Program-made: the position numbers and the translations under genes
Shown: positions 27,115-37,600 of the stretch, one piece after another
Layout of the letters: each line of letters begins with the position of its first letter
How positions within the stretch are numbered: the stretch's first letter is position 1
Notes under the pieces: model-generated
Seen by the model: the letters and a program-made list of their open reading frames with translations, nothing else
Told to the model about the DNA's origin: nothing
Database searches by the model: none
Sequence record: NC_054896.1
Direction: 5' to 3' (one strand)
Length of the DNA stretch: 51,014 nt
From: Escherichia phage tiwna

Positions 27115-27142
27115 TTGACTAAATCAACCAAATGGCTACAAT
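27115..27142 (+). promoter_or_regulatory. sigma70-like promoter (TTGACT-16-TACAAT) for the recombination module
   Basis: -35 at 27115-27120 and -10 at 27137-27142, about 30 nt before the exonuclease RBS. Confidence 0.5.
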
Positions 27143-27172
27143 GCACACACAAAGCAACAAGGAGCATCAAAG

Positions 27173-28228
27173 ATGAGTGATTTTAACGCCTACACTAGCG
27201 AAGAAATGAGCAATGAGCTTTATCATGATCCTAACGCGTGGACGGCTGAATACGTCAGCGGTTCCAGCTTGGCGGAGATTTACAGCACTTGCCCGGCGTA
27301 CTGGAAGTACAAGCCTCGCCAGGAAACTAAGGCACTTGTTTTCGGTACGCAGTCGCATACCAATTTTGAAAGCAAGGAGTTATTCGAAAAAACATATCGC
27401 CGCGCACCGTCGCAGGATGACTTTAAAGATCTGATCACAAGCCAAACGGCGTTGGCTTCAAAGCTGAAATCTTTTAGCCTGAAAGGCACGACGGGTAAGC
27501 AGTATCCAGAATTGCTGGAAATGCTGTACAAGTGCGGTGAGGATCTCAATGTATGGTGGCTTATCGAAATGATGGCAGAATGCCAGGCCGCAGCGGACGG
27601 AGTGCAGTTAATCGACGCGAAAGACTATGATGCCTGTGTAGCGATGCGGAGCGTACTTGAGGCAATACCTGAGCATAATGCTTGCATGAATAGCCCAACC
27701 GCGCAGCGTGAAATGTCAATATTCGGGATCATCAATGGCGTAAAAGTTAAAGTGCGTCTTGATCACGTTGACGTAAACAAGGATGTAAAGGCCACAATCA
27801 TTAACGGTTACGACGAAAAAGGCCGACCGATTTATGAAGAAGTCATCTATCCAGAAGCTGTGATTATCACTGACTATAAAACAACGGTTAGCGCAAATCC
27901 GGTTGACTTCCAGCGCCTGGCTTACAATCACGGCTATTATCTAAAAATGGCTTTGCAGCATGATTTATTTAAAAAGGCGTATCCAGACGATGAAAGGCCA
28001 GTAATTGTGAGATTGCTTGCTCAGGAGAAGAAAGAGCCTTACTTGCCGCTCGCATTCCGCATGAACATTGAGCAATTGAAGATCGGGCGTATCCAGTACA
28101 TGAGCGTGATCAACAAGTTCAACGTTTGCCAACAGTTAGATGAATGGCCTTCGTATGCAAACGGACAACCAGAAATTGATCTTGATACTCCTGATTGGGT
28201 TCGTGCTCAATTCAGGCAGTATCTATGA
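27173..28228 (+). CDS. PD-(D/E)XK family exonuclease (RecE/RecB-like)
   Basis: Motif VIITDYKT typical of the PD-(D/E)XK D..K core; position upstream of annealase and SSB; AGGAG RBS. Confidence 0.6.
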   Translation: MSDFNAYTSEEMSNELYHDPNAWTAEYVSGSSLAEIYSTCPAYWKYKPRQETKALVFGTQSHTNFESKELFEKTYRRAPSQDDFKDLITSQTALASKLKSFSLKGTTGKQYPELLEMLYKCGEDLNVWWLIEMMAECQAAADGVQLIDAKDYDACVAMRSVLEAIPEHNACMNSPTAQREMSIFGIINGVKVKVRLDHVDVNKDVKATIINGYDEKGRPIYEEVIYPEAVIITDYKTTVSANPVDFQRLAYNHGYYLKMALQHDLFKKAYPDDERPVIVRLLAQEKKEPYLPLAFRMNIEQLKIGRIQYMSVINKFNVCQQLDEWPSYANGQPEIDLDTPDWVRAQFRQYL

Positions 28229-28303
28229 CAAACCAAACAAATAGCTAAACTTTTATAATGGTTGGTGATATAATTCGCCAACCAGATAACGGGAGAATGA
28301 GAA

Positions 28304-28561
28304 ATGACAGATAAAGACAATGCCACATTATTGCATTTAGAACGATTCATTGATCGAGTAACCATTGCAATGAAAGAATTTATTAAGCCGATGAACATTA
28401 AAGAGTCGGAAGAAATGAAGACTTACATCAAGGACGTGGTTGCATCCATTGACAACGTTATCCTTGTTGCAACGATGAGCAAGGGAAACAAAGAGCGCGA
28501 GAGGTTGGTTGCTGAATCAACAGAAGAATTTATTAAAATGCTTGAAAGCGAGAAGGAATAA
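28304..28561 (+). CDS. hypothetical protein (85 aa)
   Basis: RBS gggag before ATG. Confidence 0.45.
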   Translation: MTDKDNATLLHLERFIDRVTIAMKEFIKPMNIKESEEMKTYIKDVVASIDNVILVATMSKGNKERERLVAESTEEFIKMLESEKE

Positions 28562-29218
<657 letters not shown>

Positions 29219-29261
29219 TAAACGGGGCGCTTGCGCCCCTTTTGTCATAGGAGAAAACAAA

Positions 29262-29714
29262 ATGCACGTTATTACAGGTGAGATCCGAAAAGAGCCAAAA
29301 GTAAAGCAAATGCCTAACGGCAGCACGCTATATGTTGTTGAGCTTTCCGAACGATATAAAGACCGTGAAGGCAATTGGCAGTATACAAACTATGTATTTT
29401 TCTTTAACGCGAAAACAGATGGCCTGAATGGTTGGTATGCTGAGGCGTTCCAGGTAGGCAAGGTTATTTCTGTTTCCTGCGATACCTTGCGAGTTGAAAC
29501 GCGAGAATACAACGGAAAGATTTACAGCACCGTGCAGCCTGGCGGATTTGCAAACTTGCTATTTAGCCAGCGTGGGGAAAGCCAGCAACAATATCAACAG
29601 CGAACGCAAGGAGGCTGGGGGCAACCACAACAGCAACAGCAACAAAATACTCAACAGCAGCCGCAGCAAAGCAATCAGCCGCCGATTGACTTTGATGATG
29701 ACATCCCTTTCTGA
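29262..29714 (+). CDS. ssb: single-stranded DNA-binding protein
   Basis: Q/G-rich linker and acidic tail ending DFDDDIPF (SSB hallmark); ATG 29262 follows a hairpin and AGGAG. Confidence 0.8.
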   Translation: MHVITGEIRKEPKVKQMPNGSTLYVVELSERYKDREGNWQYTNYVFFFNAKTDGLNGWYAEAFQVGKVISVSCDTLRVETREYNGKIYSTVQPGGFANLLFSQRGESQQQYQQRTQGGWGQPQQQQQQNTQQQPQQSNQPPIDFDDDIPF

Positions 29715-29719
29715 TAACA

Positions 29720-29750
29720 AAAAGCCCCGCATATGCGGGGCATATTTTAT
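29720..29750. terminator. bidirectional terminator between ssb (+) and the tail fibre gene (-)
   Basis: Hairpin gccccgcatatgcggggc with flanking A- and T-runs. Confidence 0.65.
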
Positions 29751-31879
29751 TTATCACTTAACTTTGAAATTAAATTTCTAATTTCGTTAATTTCTGATTT
29801 TAACATTTCTATTTCCTCTTGCTGTTTTTTTATTAATTCCTCTTGTCTATCTGAGTCAGAGATCATCTCATTTATAGCATTTACAAGCAATGCAGTAACG
29901 CCGCTATAACTTACACCCAAGTAATCAGAGTCTGATATTTTGTAAACAGCCTCCGGTAAAACATTTTGCACATCTTGAGCTATTACCCCAGCCTCCTCCG
30001 AATATATAGAATATTCATCTTCATAAAGATTACTGCGCTTAAAGTAAGTGTAACCCTTGATTGACTTCACTTTTTCTCTAGCGCCCTTAATCTCCTTCAA
30101 GTTTGCTTTCAGTCTAATATCTGACGTGCTGACCCATTGAACACATGAGGCGTAACCAGCATCATTAAATCCGAAAATCGCACCCCTTACATTAAAATGA
30201 GCCGCGCAACCTCCACTGCTATATCTGACAACATCAAGACCAGCAACCCATTCATAACCCCACCGAACGGCCTTAAAGATGCTTGAGGCTGCATCATCTG
30301 TTGGCAACTCAACAAGAAGACCAGACGCTCTATCCCTCCAGTCAGTAAAAGCACCTCCATATACTTGACCGCCAATTAGAGCATTGCCTCCGCCAATTCT
30401 AGATCCTGAAACTCTAATGCCATTTGCGTTATTATCAATAGGCCATATGGTTAAAAGACCGTTAAGGTGAGCTTGATATGCCTCCCATGTAAAAACATTT
30501 CTACCGTTTGCGAATGTCTGTAATATGCCGTCCCCACCTTGCTTAAACCCGGTGTCGCTATCACCTATAACTAACGAATTAGACCCAAGTGAATTTATAA
30601 TGCCTCTACCAATTGTTATTGTATTGTAATTTATGGCGTTTCCGCTTTCGTCAAATTGATAATAGTTTGTATCTCCACCTTCTCTTGTTACCTGTATTGT
30701 TGCTTTAGCTGTACCACCTATAATTTCATTGTAGACCCTTGAGTATGAAAGCTGCACACCTTCTGCGTTCTTGTTTCTAAGGTAAAGAATGCCTGATGCT
30801 TCTCCGTTGTTGTTATCAAGATTTACCCCCAAGAATACAGGGATATGATTTGTCGCAAGCCCTAAATTGTGCCTTACTCCATCGGGAGTTGTTGCGCCTG
30901 TACCGCCAGCGCCAATAGAAAGCGCATATGTAGCGTTATCACTATTACTTGCAACTCTCCATTCTCCATTGTTAGCAATCCTCAATTCATAGCTTGCTTG
31001 CGGATTAGCGAAGCTGTTGTAATCGCCAGGCGTTGAATGAGAAGCCGGATCATTGCTAATTACCGCTTGAACCTGCAACACTTTTCTTGCTTCAGCCTTA
31101 TCAGTAAGATCATTAAGGTTTTGATCCTTATGGAGAATATTTTCAGGATTTACTTGTTGCGCCCATTGCATAGCCTCATCTCTTGCAGATTCAGCGGCTG
31201 ATTTTGCACTTTCAGCATAATTCTTGGCATTGTCAGCCTCATTTTTAGCATTAATTGCGCCATCTCTAGCTGATTCAGCCTCTGATTTAATGCTTGTAAC
31301 CTCAACAACTGCAGAGTCCTTTATTTGCTGAGTCTGATCTTTAATTGATTGAGCCTCGTTTTTTATGGCGTTAGTTTCGCTTACTGCGTCATCTTTGATC
31401 TTCTGAGTTTCAGCTAGGGCAGAATCCTTTATCTGTTGAGTGTCATTTTTTAATTGCTCAGTGGCTGCGCGATCTGTTGCTACTTGTTGCGCAGACTCCT
31501 TAACTTGATTCACCAGATCCTTTAAGCCATCCAAATCAAAATCTTTAAAAAACTCTATTGCTTCTGCAATTTCTGTTTCCTTGCTCTGGTAATAACGCAA
31601 AGTTTCCGCTACATCCTGCGCAAGCCCGTCAACCGTTAACGAGTCATGAAGCAAGATCAGGTAATTTGTTTGCTGAACTACTTCACCGCCAGTAGTAATG
31701 GCGCGAATGCTTGTATCGCTAATCACCTCTGTGATCACGGCAGCTTGCAAAGGTTGAGTAAGAAAGAAAATAGTTGCACCTGGGCGAATCAATGTTAATT
31801 GCTCGCGCCATTTTGTTTCGTAACCAGTAACATAACCTTGAGCGTCCATCGACGCTTGGCCTTGTCTGTAAATCGCCAT
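29747..31879 (-). CDS. tail fibre protein with C-terminal intramolecular chaperone (S74-type) domain
   Basis: C-terminal SDIRLK motif and following about 110 aa resemble self-cleaving chaperone domains; coiled-coil Q/K-rich region; GGAGG RBS before ATG 31879. Confidence 0.65.
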   Translation of the reverse strand: MAIYRQGQASMDAQGYVTGYETKWREQLTLIRPGATIFFLTQPLQAAVITEVISDTSIRAITTGGEVVQQTNYLILLHDSLTVDGLAQDVAETLRYYQSKETEIAEAIEFFKDFDLDGLKDLVNQVKESAQQVATDRAATEQLKNDTQQIKDSALAETQKIKDDAVSETNAIKNEAQSIKDQTQQIKDSAVVEVTSIKSEAESARDGAINAKNEADNAKNYAESAKSAAESARDEAMQWAQQVNPENILHKDQNLNDLTDKAEARKVLQVQAVISNDPASHSTPGDYNSFANPQASYELRIANNGEWRVASNSDNATYALSIGAGGTGATTPDGVRHNLGLATNHIPVFLGVNLDNNNGEASGILYLRNKNAEGVQLSYSRVYNEIIGGTAKATIQVTREGGDTNYYQFDESGNAINYNTITIGRGIINSLGSNSLVIGDSDTGFKQGGDGILQTFANGRNVFTWEAYQAHLNGLLTIWPIDNNANGIRVSGSRIGGGNALIGGQVYGGAFTDWRDRASGLLVELPTDDAASSIFKAVRWGYEWVAGLDVVRYSSGGCAAHFNVRGAIFGFNDAGYASCVQWVSTSDIRLKANLKEIKGAREKVKSIKGYTYFKRSNLYEDEYSIYSEEAGVIAQDVQNVLPEAVYKISDSDYLGVSYSGVTALLVNAINEMISDSDRQEELIKKQQEEIEMLKSEINEIRNLISKLSDK

Positions 31880-31897
31880 TTGTAAAATCCTCCTAAA

Positions 31898-31914
31898 TAG
31901 CACTTTTTGCTAAT
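31898..31914 (+). promoter_or_regulatory. conserved palindromic box (perfect palindrome TAGCA-N5-TGCTA) abutting the tail fibre RBS
   Basis: TAGCACTTTTTGCTAAT; lies between the primase terminator and the tail fibre RBS. Confidence 0.4.
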
Positions 31915-31943
31915 GACAATGCAGATAATAGCATTTTCAAATG

Positions 31944-31970
31944 CAAAAAAAAACCCCGCATAAGCGGGGC
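31944..31970 (-). terminator. rho-independent terminator after the primase-like gene
   Basis: Hairpin ccccgcataagcgggg with a T-run on the minus strand. Confidence 0.65.
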
Positions 31971-31985
31971 AATACTAGCGGAGTT

Positions 31986-32915
31986 TTATAGCAGTGATTC
32001 GGGCTTGTATAGTTTTCTTTCTACGCCCTGTTTAAAATTATCGTTAACAGGCATCATTATGTCAAGACCTCTTTCCTCTGCCGCGATTATCACATCACGA
32101 TCATCTTTCCGGCAGATTACGCGCATTCTTCTTTCTCCTTTATATCTATGCGCAACCATTTCAAGATTTGAAGGAGTAAAGCAAGCCCACACTTCTTGAC
32201 CAGTTGATAAATGAACATGCTGGGAATCAACCCAATCAAGGCACAAATAGATCGTCTTATCTGTGCTACCTGTTTTAACAACAGATCCGCGCGTGTAGTC
32301 GCGAGCTAAAAACCAATCCTTTCCATCCTCATCAATGAAAAGCACGTTACACATTTCATCATCAAGCCCGTCATCATGCACCAAGTGACAAGGTAGCGCG
32401 TGAATGTATCGACCATCCTTGACGCCGCAATCATAATGACAACCTTCCGGCGGATATATCCCCTCATAAACGCTTAAAGGTGTGCGATCGAATTTTAATG
32501 TTTTTGCCATCACTTTTTCGCAGCATTCATGACTTGCCTGTTTCCCGAACGAGTAACCAGAAGAACGCGAAGCGCGCTTGTTTGCTCTGATCCTGTAATC
32601 CTGCGGCACTTTTCCGAGGAAGCGGCCCAAAATGTTGATGGCCTCGCTGTAAGGTTCGCCAGTTAATTTCATTAACCAACCGATCCCCGTGTCGTTACCG
32701 CATACGTTGCAGATCGCGCCGCCGTCGCCCTCTTCATTTAGCTTATCAGTCCATCTAAAACGATCCTTACCGCCGCAGTGTGGGCAAGGCTGATGCTTTT
32801 TGTTGAAAACATCGCTATGCAGTCCGCAAATGCTTTGTAGTGCTTCACGCCATAACCCCTTCATATATGGCAAAACATCTTCTTTCTGATAGGTCATAAA
32901 GTTTTCAGTATTCAT
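31986..32915 (-). CDS. DNA primase-like zinc-binding protein
   Basis: CPHCGG-x18-CNVCGN zinc-ribbon pair; ATG 32915 follows a terminator, so the track's upstream extension is rejected; adjacent to the helicase. Confidence 0.45.
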   Translation of the reverse strand: MNTENFMTYQKEDVLPYMKGLWREALQSICGLHSDVFNKKHQPCPHCGGKDRFRWTDKLNEEGDGGAICNVCGNDTGIGWLMKLTGEPYSEAINILGRFLGKVPQDYRIRANKRASRSSGYSFGKQASHECCEKVMAKTLKFDRTPLSVYEGIYPPEGCHYDCGVKDGRYIHALPCHLVHDDGLDDEMCNVLFIDEDGKDWFLARDYTRGSVVKTGSTDKTIYLCLDWVDSQHVHLSTGQEVWACFTPSNLEMVAHRYKGERRMRVICRKDDRDVIIAAEERGLDIMMPVNDNFKQGVERKLYKPESLL

Positions 32916-32925
32916 GGCAAACCTC

Positions 32926-32963
32926 AATAAAAAAGCCCAGCAAATATTATCATTTCGCTGGGC
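32926..32963 (-). terminator. rho-independent terminator after the HTH gene
   Basis: Hairpin gcccagc...gctgggc with a T-run on the minus strand. Confidence 0.55.
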
Positions 32964-32970
32964 CTTATCA

Positions 32971-33447
32971 TTAGCTATTCGTGCTGTTATCACCTTTGTA
33001 GAATCTTCCGCCTGGTTCGTAGTCTGAATTTTTGACTACGCGCAACATTTCGTATTTGTCGCAACGGGTAGTAAGAGGCTTGCCGTTAGAATCAAACCGC
33101 AGATCTGGACGACAAAACGAGGCGCGGTATCCTTTGCATCCATTATATTTGTAGTCGTTATGCACCTTTTGTGCTCCAGCGGCTGAAATCATACCACGCT
33201 TTCGCCACTGGTTAACGACTTGCTGAGATACGCGCAGACGTCGAGCCATAGCAGGAACACCGCCGTAATACTCGATCAGAATGTCAAGGCGAGATTTTAG
33301 GCTTGCTTTTACCTCATCTCGCAGGATAAGAAATCCGGTTCGGTGTTTTCGTGGCTTTTTGTCTTTACCTCGTCGCGTTCCGTTGTTACCGTTAATAGTG
33401 CGCTTGTCGATCTCACCCGTAGACACTGCAATTCGTGCATCTTTCAT
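32971..33447 (-). CDS. putative DNA-binding protein (HTH)
   Basis: Candidate HTH segment AMARRLRVSQQVVNQWRKRG; basic N-terminus; divergent from the helicase gene. Confidence 0.45.
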   Translation of the reverse strand: MKDARIAVSTGEIDKRTINGNNGTRRGKDKKPRKHRTGFLILRDEVKASLKSRLDILIEYYGGVPAMARRLRVSQQVVNQWRKRGMISAAGAQKVHNDYKYNGCKGYRASFCRPDLRFDSNGKPLTTRCDKYEMLRVVKNSDYEPGGRFYKGDNSTNS

Positions 33448-33459
33448 CTAGTCACCTCA

Positions 33460-33477
33460 TAGCATTTTTTGTTAAAA
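33460..33477 (+). promoter_or_regulatory. conserved box with -10 TATTAT at 33497-33502, in the divergent region between the HTH and helicase genes
   Basis: TAGCATTTTTTGTTAAAA with the 19-bp spacing to the -10. Confidence 0.5.
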
Positions 33478-33534
33478 CAGTTTATTGTAATGAGTCTATT
33501 ATATACTCCAAATGGCATTTTTTAAAGGTTTAAG

Positions 33535-35532
33535 ATGATTCCAAATATCGAAAAACAAATATCAGCGTTAGGCGAGGCAGTAATAAAAAGCATCCAAGAG
33601 CGATTCACTGTTGGCAATATAGTGCCTTATCCTTATCAGTGCGTTGCGTATGCCGAGATCGCAAAGCGCATGAAAAACTATGAGCATCCTTTCTTCGTTA
33701 AGGCTTCTGTGTCGGCTGGCAAAACTTTGATGTTTGCGATGGTTGCTGCGCAATGCCGCAAAATGGGATTGAAAATGATGGTCCTTGCTCGCCAGGCTGA
33801 AATTGTTGATCAGGATTCGGAAGAGATCAGCAATCTTGGCGTGCCAAACTCAATCTATTGCGCCGGACTGAAAACAAAAAGCGCATACTTTCCGATCGTA
33901 GTCGGTTCTGAGGGCACTGTAGTAAACGGATTGTTTAAGTCGTTAGGTGATTATGTTCCGCACGTTATCGGTATTGATGAATGTCACCAGGTGGATTGGG
34001 AGGATCTCGCCGACGCGATAGAAAATAATGAATCTTACCAGCAGATGACCACTAAGAAGGATTTGCCTGTACTGATTGGAGAAGAACAGCAATTTGATTC
34101 CAATGGCGATCCAATGTTCGGAACAGGGCGCGCACAGTACACCGTAATAATCATGGAAATGATGCGCAGGTGTCGCGAGGCATACGGGCACGAATTGCGA
34201 ATATTCGGTATGACTGGATCTGAATTTCGCGGCGTGGTTCCAATACTGGTTGAAGATAAGAACAAAAAGGGATTCTGGCGTGAGCAGGTGACTAACATAG
34301 ACACAAACTACTTAATCAAATTCGGTTCGGTAGTGCCAACAAATTTCGGCGACGTAGGCGACCTGGGGTATGACCTTTCAGAGTTCGAAGCCAGTAGCGA
34401 GGATGGCGTTTCAGACTTTGACGCTAAAACATTGCGCAAGATGGAAGAAAAAATCCATCAAGACGCAACAATGACACAGAAAATCATGGCTAAAGTCCAT
34501 GAGATATGCAAAGACAGGAACGGAGTTTTAGTTACATGCGCAGGGGAAAGGCACTGCAAGGAGGCCGCCGCCGCACTGCCGCCAGGCGTTGAATACAGGA
34601 TCATAACTGGCAAGACTGGAGATAATCAGCGTAAAGAGTGGCTAAGGGAGGCATACGAGGGAAAAGTAAAATACATCTTCCAGGTACAGGCGCTTACCAC
34701 TGGCGTTAACGTTCCGTTTTGGGATACTTCGGTAATACTGAGAAAGATAGGATCTCTAACATTGCTTATCCAGCTTTTGGGGCGCGGTATGCGACTGCTT
34801 AAGCAATGGCACATTGAGCAGGGATTCAAGAAAAAAGACCATCTTGTATTGGATTTTGCCGGTACTATGGATGAGTTAGGGGATTTGTATTTCGATCCAA
34901 TCCTTGAGCAAGCGCAATTCCAAAAGAGATTTACAAACGGGAAAGAGCCTAAGACTTGTCCGATATGTGGAACGCTAAACAGCTTTTACGCTCGCCGATG
35001 TATGCACGTAGACGATAACGGGAAGAGATGCGAGCATTTTTGGACTTACAGAATTTGCGAGGACCAGGTAGATCCGAGAACGAAAAAGATAATCAAGCGC
35101 GGTTGCGGAACAAAAAACGACGTAGTGGCGAGAGTTTGCCGTTGTTGCGATATTTCTCTTGTCGATCCTAACGAGAAGTTAAGCGGCAAGCACTACACCA
35201 AAAACGATTGGTGCAACGTTAAATCTTTCCGCGTTGATATGACGAAAAACCAGAAAGGAATTGTTTTTTGCTATGAGCTTGAGGCCAACGGCGACACGTT
35301 CAAGGCATACGAAAGATTTTTCCCTGAGTCAGAAAGCAACATTTGCCGGACGATATGGAGAAAAATAGCATTGCAGTACATACCGGATCGCAAGATTGCT
35401 GGTATGGTGGCGAGCTATAGAAATGCGCGTAAAATAATGTCATACGCTCATCACATCATGCCTCCTGTACGCGTAACGCATCGCAAAAACGGCAAAGGTG
35501 AGGATAACATTGCAAAACGGGAGTTTGTTTAA
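33535..35532 (+). CDS. superfamily 2 DNA helicase
   Basis: Walker A SAGKTLM, DExH box GIDECHQ, C-terminal Cys-rich zinc-ribbon-like segments; 665 aa. Confidence 0.7.
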   Translation: MIPNIEKQISALGEAVIKSIQERFTVGNIVPYPYQCVAYAEIAKRMKNYEHPFFVKASVSAGKTLMFAMVAAQCRKMGLKMMVLARQAEIVDQDSEEISNLGVPNSIYCAGLKTKSAYFPIVVGSEGTVVNGLFKSLGDYVPHVIGIDECHQVDWEDLADAIENNESYQQMTTKKDLPVLIGEEQQFDSNGDPMFGTGRAQYTVIIMEMMRRCREAYGHELRIFGMTGSEFRGVVPILVEDKNKKGFWREQVTNIDTNYLIKFGSVVPTNFGDVGDLGYDLSEFEASSEDGVSDFDAKTLRKMEEKIHQDATMTQKIMAKVHEICKDRNGVLVTCAGERHCKEAAAALPPGVEYRIITGKTGDNQRKEWLREAYEGKVKYIFQVQALTTGVNVPFWDTSVILRKIGSLTLLIQLLGRGMRLLKQWHIEQGFKKKDHLVLDFAGTMDELGDLYFDPILEQAQFQKRFTNGKEPKTCPICGTLNSFYARRCMHVDDNGKRCEHFWTYRICEDQVDPRTKKIIKRGCGTKNDVVARVCRCCDISLVDPNEKLSGKHYTKNDWCNVKSFRVDMTKNQKGIVFCYELEANGDTFKAYERFFPESESNICRTIWRKIALQYIPDRKIAGMVASYRNARKIMSYAHHIMPPVRVTHRKNGKGEDNIAKREFV

Positions 35533-35951
35533 TGGCTATAACTGATAAAGGCGATTATCTTGAGTTTTACGAAAGGGATCCAACCGACACGAGAAGGGAA
35601 GTTAATCACCAGATAGATAGTTTTCAGTGGTTGACTTATGCTCATCCTTATTTGCTGGCGTGGCATACGGTAAACGAGAATGAGAAGTCTAAAGCAACGG
35701 CGATGATTGATCAGCAGTCCGGCTTGGTTAAGGGAGTAAGCGATTTCATCATCCTGATTGGTTTAAACGGAAAATACCCCTTTGCAGCGATTGAGATCAA
35801 ACGAGTGAATAAATCAGGCAAGGGGAAAGCATCACCAGTCAGCGATGAACAAAAGGCTTTTTTGCGTCGCGTTCGCAGCTTAGGAGGATTCGCTGCGGTA
35901 GCCTACGGATTCAATCAGTTTAAGTTGGCTATTGAATACATGCTTAAATAG
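35532..35951 (+). CDS. VRR-NUC domain nuclease
   Basis: Motifs AIEIKR (E.K) and QKAFLRRVRSLGG typical of VRR-NUC; ATG overlaps the helicase stop. Confidence 0.5.
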   Translation: MAITDKGDYLEFYERDPTDTRREVNHQIDSFQWLTYAHPYLLAWHTVNENEKSKATAMIDQQSGLVKGVSDFIILIGLNGKYPFAAIEIKRVNKSGKGKASPVSDEQKAFLRRVRSLGGFAAVAYGFNQFKLAIEYMLK

Positions 35952-35966
35952 CACTTTTTGTTAAAA
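35949..35966 (+). promoter_or_regulatory. conserved box with -10 CATAAT at 35986-35991
   Basis: TAGCACTTTTTGTTAAAA; TAG is the stop codon of the upstream gene. Confidence 0.5.
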
Positions 35967-36031
35967 CTGGCGCGATGGATTGCGCCATAATTCAATAACG
36001 CGAGATGGCTTTTAATAGCGGAGAAATGAAA

Positions 36032-36757
36032 ATGGCTAAAGATATTTTAGATAAAGACACCCATGACGCATTCGTTAGCTTTGAGCAGTTGGAGAGAGAA
36101 ACGTTTATAGGGAATGCCCTTGCAACTGGAGGCCATTACCAGGCAGTAAAGCCAAATCAATATTATAAGGTAAGTGGCAACCGATACGCTGGAAGCACCA
36201 CGCCGGACGTTGTGCGCGATATGTGGAGTACGCCTCAAGAGATCGTGGAGTGGATGGAATCAGAATTTGGTGAATACGATCTCGACGCGGCAGCAAGCCA
36301 GGAAAACGCAGTTTGCGAGAAGTTCTATAGCAAGGAGACAAACTGCTTAAAGCGTTGGTGGGGTAGCAACAAGCACGTATGGCTTAACCCGCCGTACAGC
36401 AACCCAACTCCATTTATCAAGAAAGCAATTGAGCAAATGGAGCACAACAACCAAATTGATGTTTTGTTGCCAGCAGACAACTCTACAGCATGGTTTTATG
36501 AGGCGCAGAAAAACGCGGCTGAAATCATCTGGATCACTGGTGAGGTTTACGAAGAGGGTGGAGTAGAATACTCCCGCACCGGAAGAATCGCCTTTGTGTC
36601 TGGATTGACTGGCGAGCCTGTGCAGGGCAACAACAAGGGAAGCGTGATTTTTGTCATGCGCAAACTTAAAGAAGGCGAGGAGCAGAAAACGCGATACGTT
36701 AAGATCAGCGATATTTGCCCTTCTGTAACCGAACGTCGCGCACGCAAACGGAGCTAA
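36032..36757 (+). CDS. dam: DNA N6-adenine methyltransferase (phage Dam-like)
   Basis: DLDAAAS and NPPY motifs; GGAG 9 nt before ATG 36032 (alternative ATG at 36005). Confidence 0.65.
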   Translation: MAKDILDKDTHDAFVSFEQLERETFIGNALATGGHYQAVKPNQYYKVSGNRYAGSTTPDVVRDMWSTPQEIVEWMESEFGEYDLDAAASQENAVCEKFYSKETNCLKRWWGSNKHVWLNPPYSNPTPFIKKAIEQMEHNNQIDVLLPADNSTAWFYEAQKNAAEIIWITGEVYEEGGVEYSRTGRIAFVSGLTGEPVQGNNKGSVIFVMRKLKEGEEQKTRYVKISDICPSVTERRARKRS

Positions 36758-36761
36758 CACG

Positions 36762-37019
36762 ATGGAAAAAGAGAGAAGCGTTTATTTAAATGAAACTGGC
36801 GAGTGGTTGTTATTTCGCGCTATGGTGTGCGATGCACTTGATAAAAACCCTAACGTGAAAAAGATGATTGATTGCGATCCGTGGGAATTTTCAAGCGCAT
36901 TAGATATGAGCTTTGAGGAGACAAGAAAACTCCCGCTTGAAAAATGGCACGAACAAATCAGAAATGACATGCAAGAGTTTGTCGATTCGTGGAATTTTCA
37001 GCACGGAATGATCCACTAA
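36762..37019 (+). CDS. hypothetical protein (85 aa)
   Basis: RBS ggag before ATG. Confidence 0.45.
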   Translation: MEKERSVYLNETGEWLLFRAMVCDALDKNPNVKKMIDCDPWEFSSALDMSFEETRKLPLEKWHEQIRNDMQEFVDSWNFQHGMIH

Positions 37020-37065
37020 TAGCACTTTTTGTTAAAACGCCCGGCCTAGTGTCGGGCATAATTAT
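37020..37065 (+). promoter_or_regulatory. conserved box plus hairpin plus -10 CATAAT; left arm of the ~46-bp inverted repeat
   Basis: TAGCACTTTTTGTTAAAAcgcccggcctagtgtcgggCATAAT, nearly identical to the reverse complement of 40234-40279. Confidence 0.55.
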
Positions 37066-37094
37066 TTCAACGAAGCAAGCATGAGGAAATAAAA

Positions 37095-37274
37095 ATGGTG
37101 GTATTCGATAAACGCGCTTTTAATCTTGCCCAAGAAGTAGCAAAAGGTTCAGTGGATGGCGGTTCAAAGGAAGGATTCCAGTTTGATTGGGAGATCGCAA
37201 TGTTTTTACTGAAAGTTGCATACGGTCACGCACCAATTGAACAAGCGGAGGCATATTATAAGCATGAAGGTTGA
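37095..37274 (+). CDS. small hypothetical protein (59 aa)
   Basis: RBS gaggaaat before ATG; below the ORF-track cutoff. Confidence 0.35.
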   Translation: MVVFDKRAFNLAQEVAKGSVDGGSKEGFQFDWEIAMFLLKVAYGHAPIEQAEAYYKHEG

Positions 37275-37506
37275 GCAAGGAAGAGATGCGGTATGGAATC
37301 ACGCTAAAAAATGCGGTATTGCCGACGATATAAAGAAGATCGCGCAATACTTTGATATTGCAGATGTGAGCATAATTAGCGGCGACAAGATGACTTTCCT
37401 CAAGGAAAGGCCGCGAAAAATGGTAAGAGTTCCAGCAGTTCCAACAAAAATTGATTTCAAAGAGGCAATGGCTAAAATCCGAGAGCCTCGCAAATATTAT
37501 AAATGA
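37264..37506 (+). CDS. hypothetical protein (80 aa)
   Basis: Internal ATG of track ORF 37216; overlaps the upstream small ORF. Confidence 0.4.
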   Translation: MKVEQGRDAVWNHAKKCGIADDIKKIAQYFDIADVSIISGDKMTFLKERPRKMVRVPAVPTKIDFKEAMAKIREPRKYYK

Positions 37507-37600
37507 GGATAGTTATCATGTGGCGCTTGTTTGTTCTACCGTTACCCGTTATCATCGCTGTTACAGTTATGTACCATATAGTGATGAGATAGGTAGCAGA

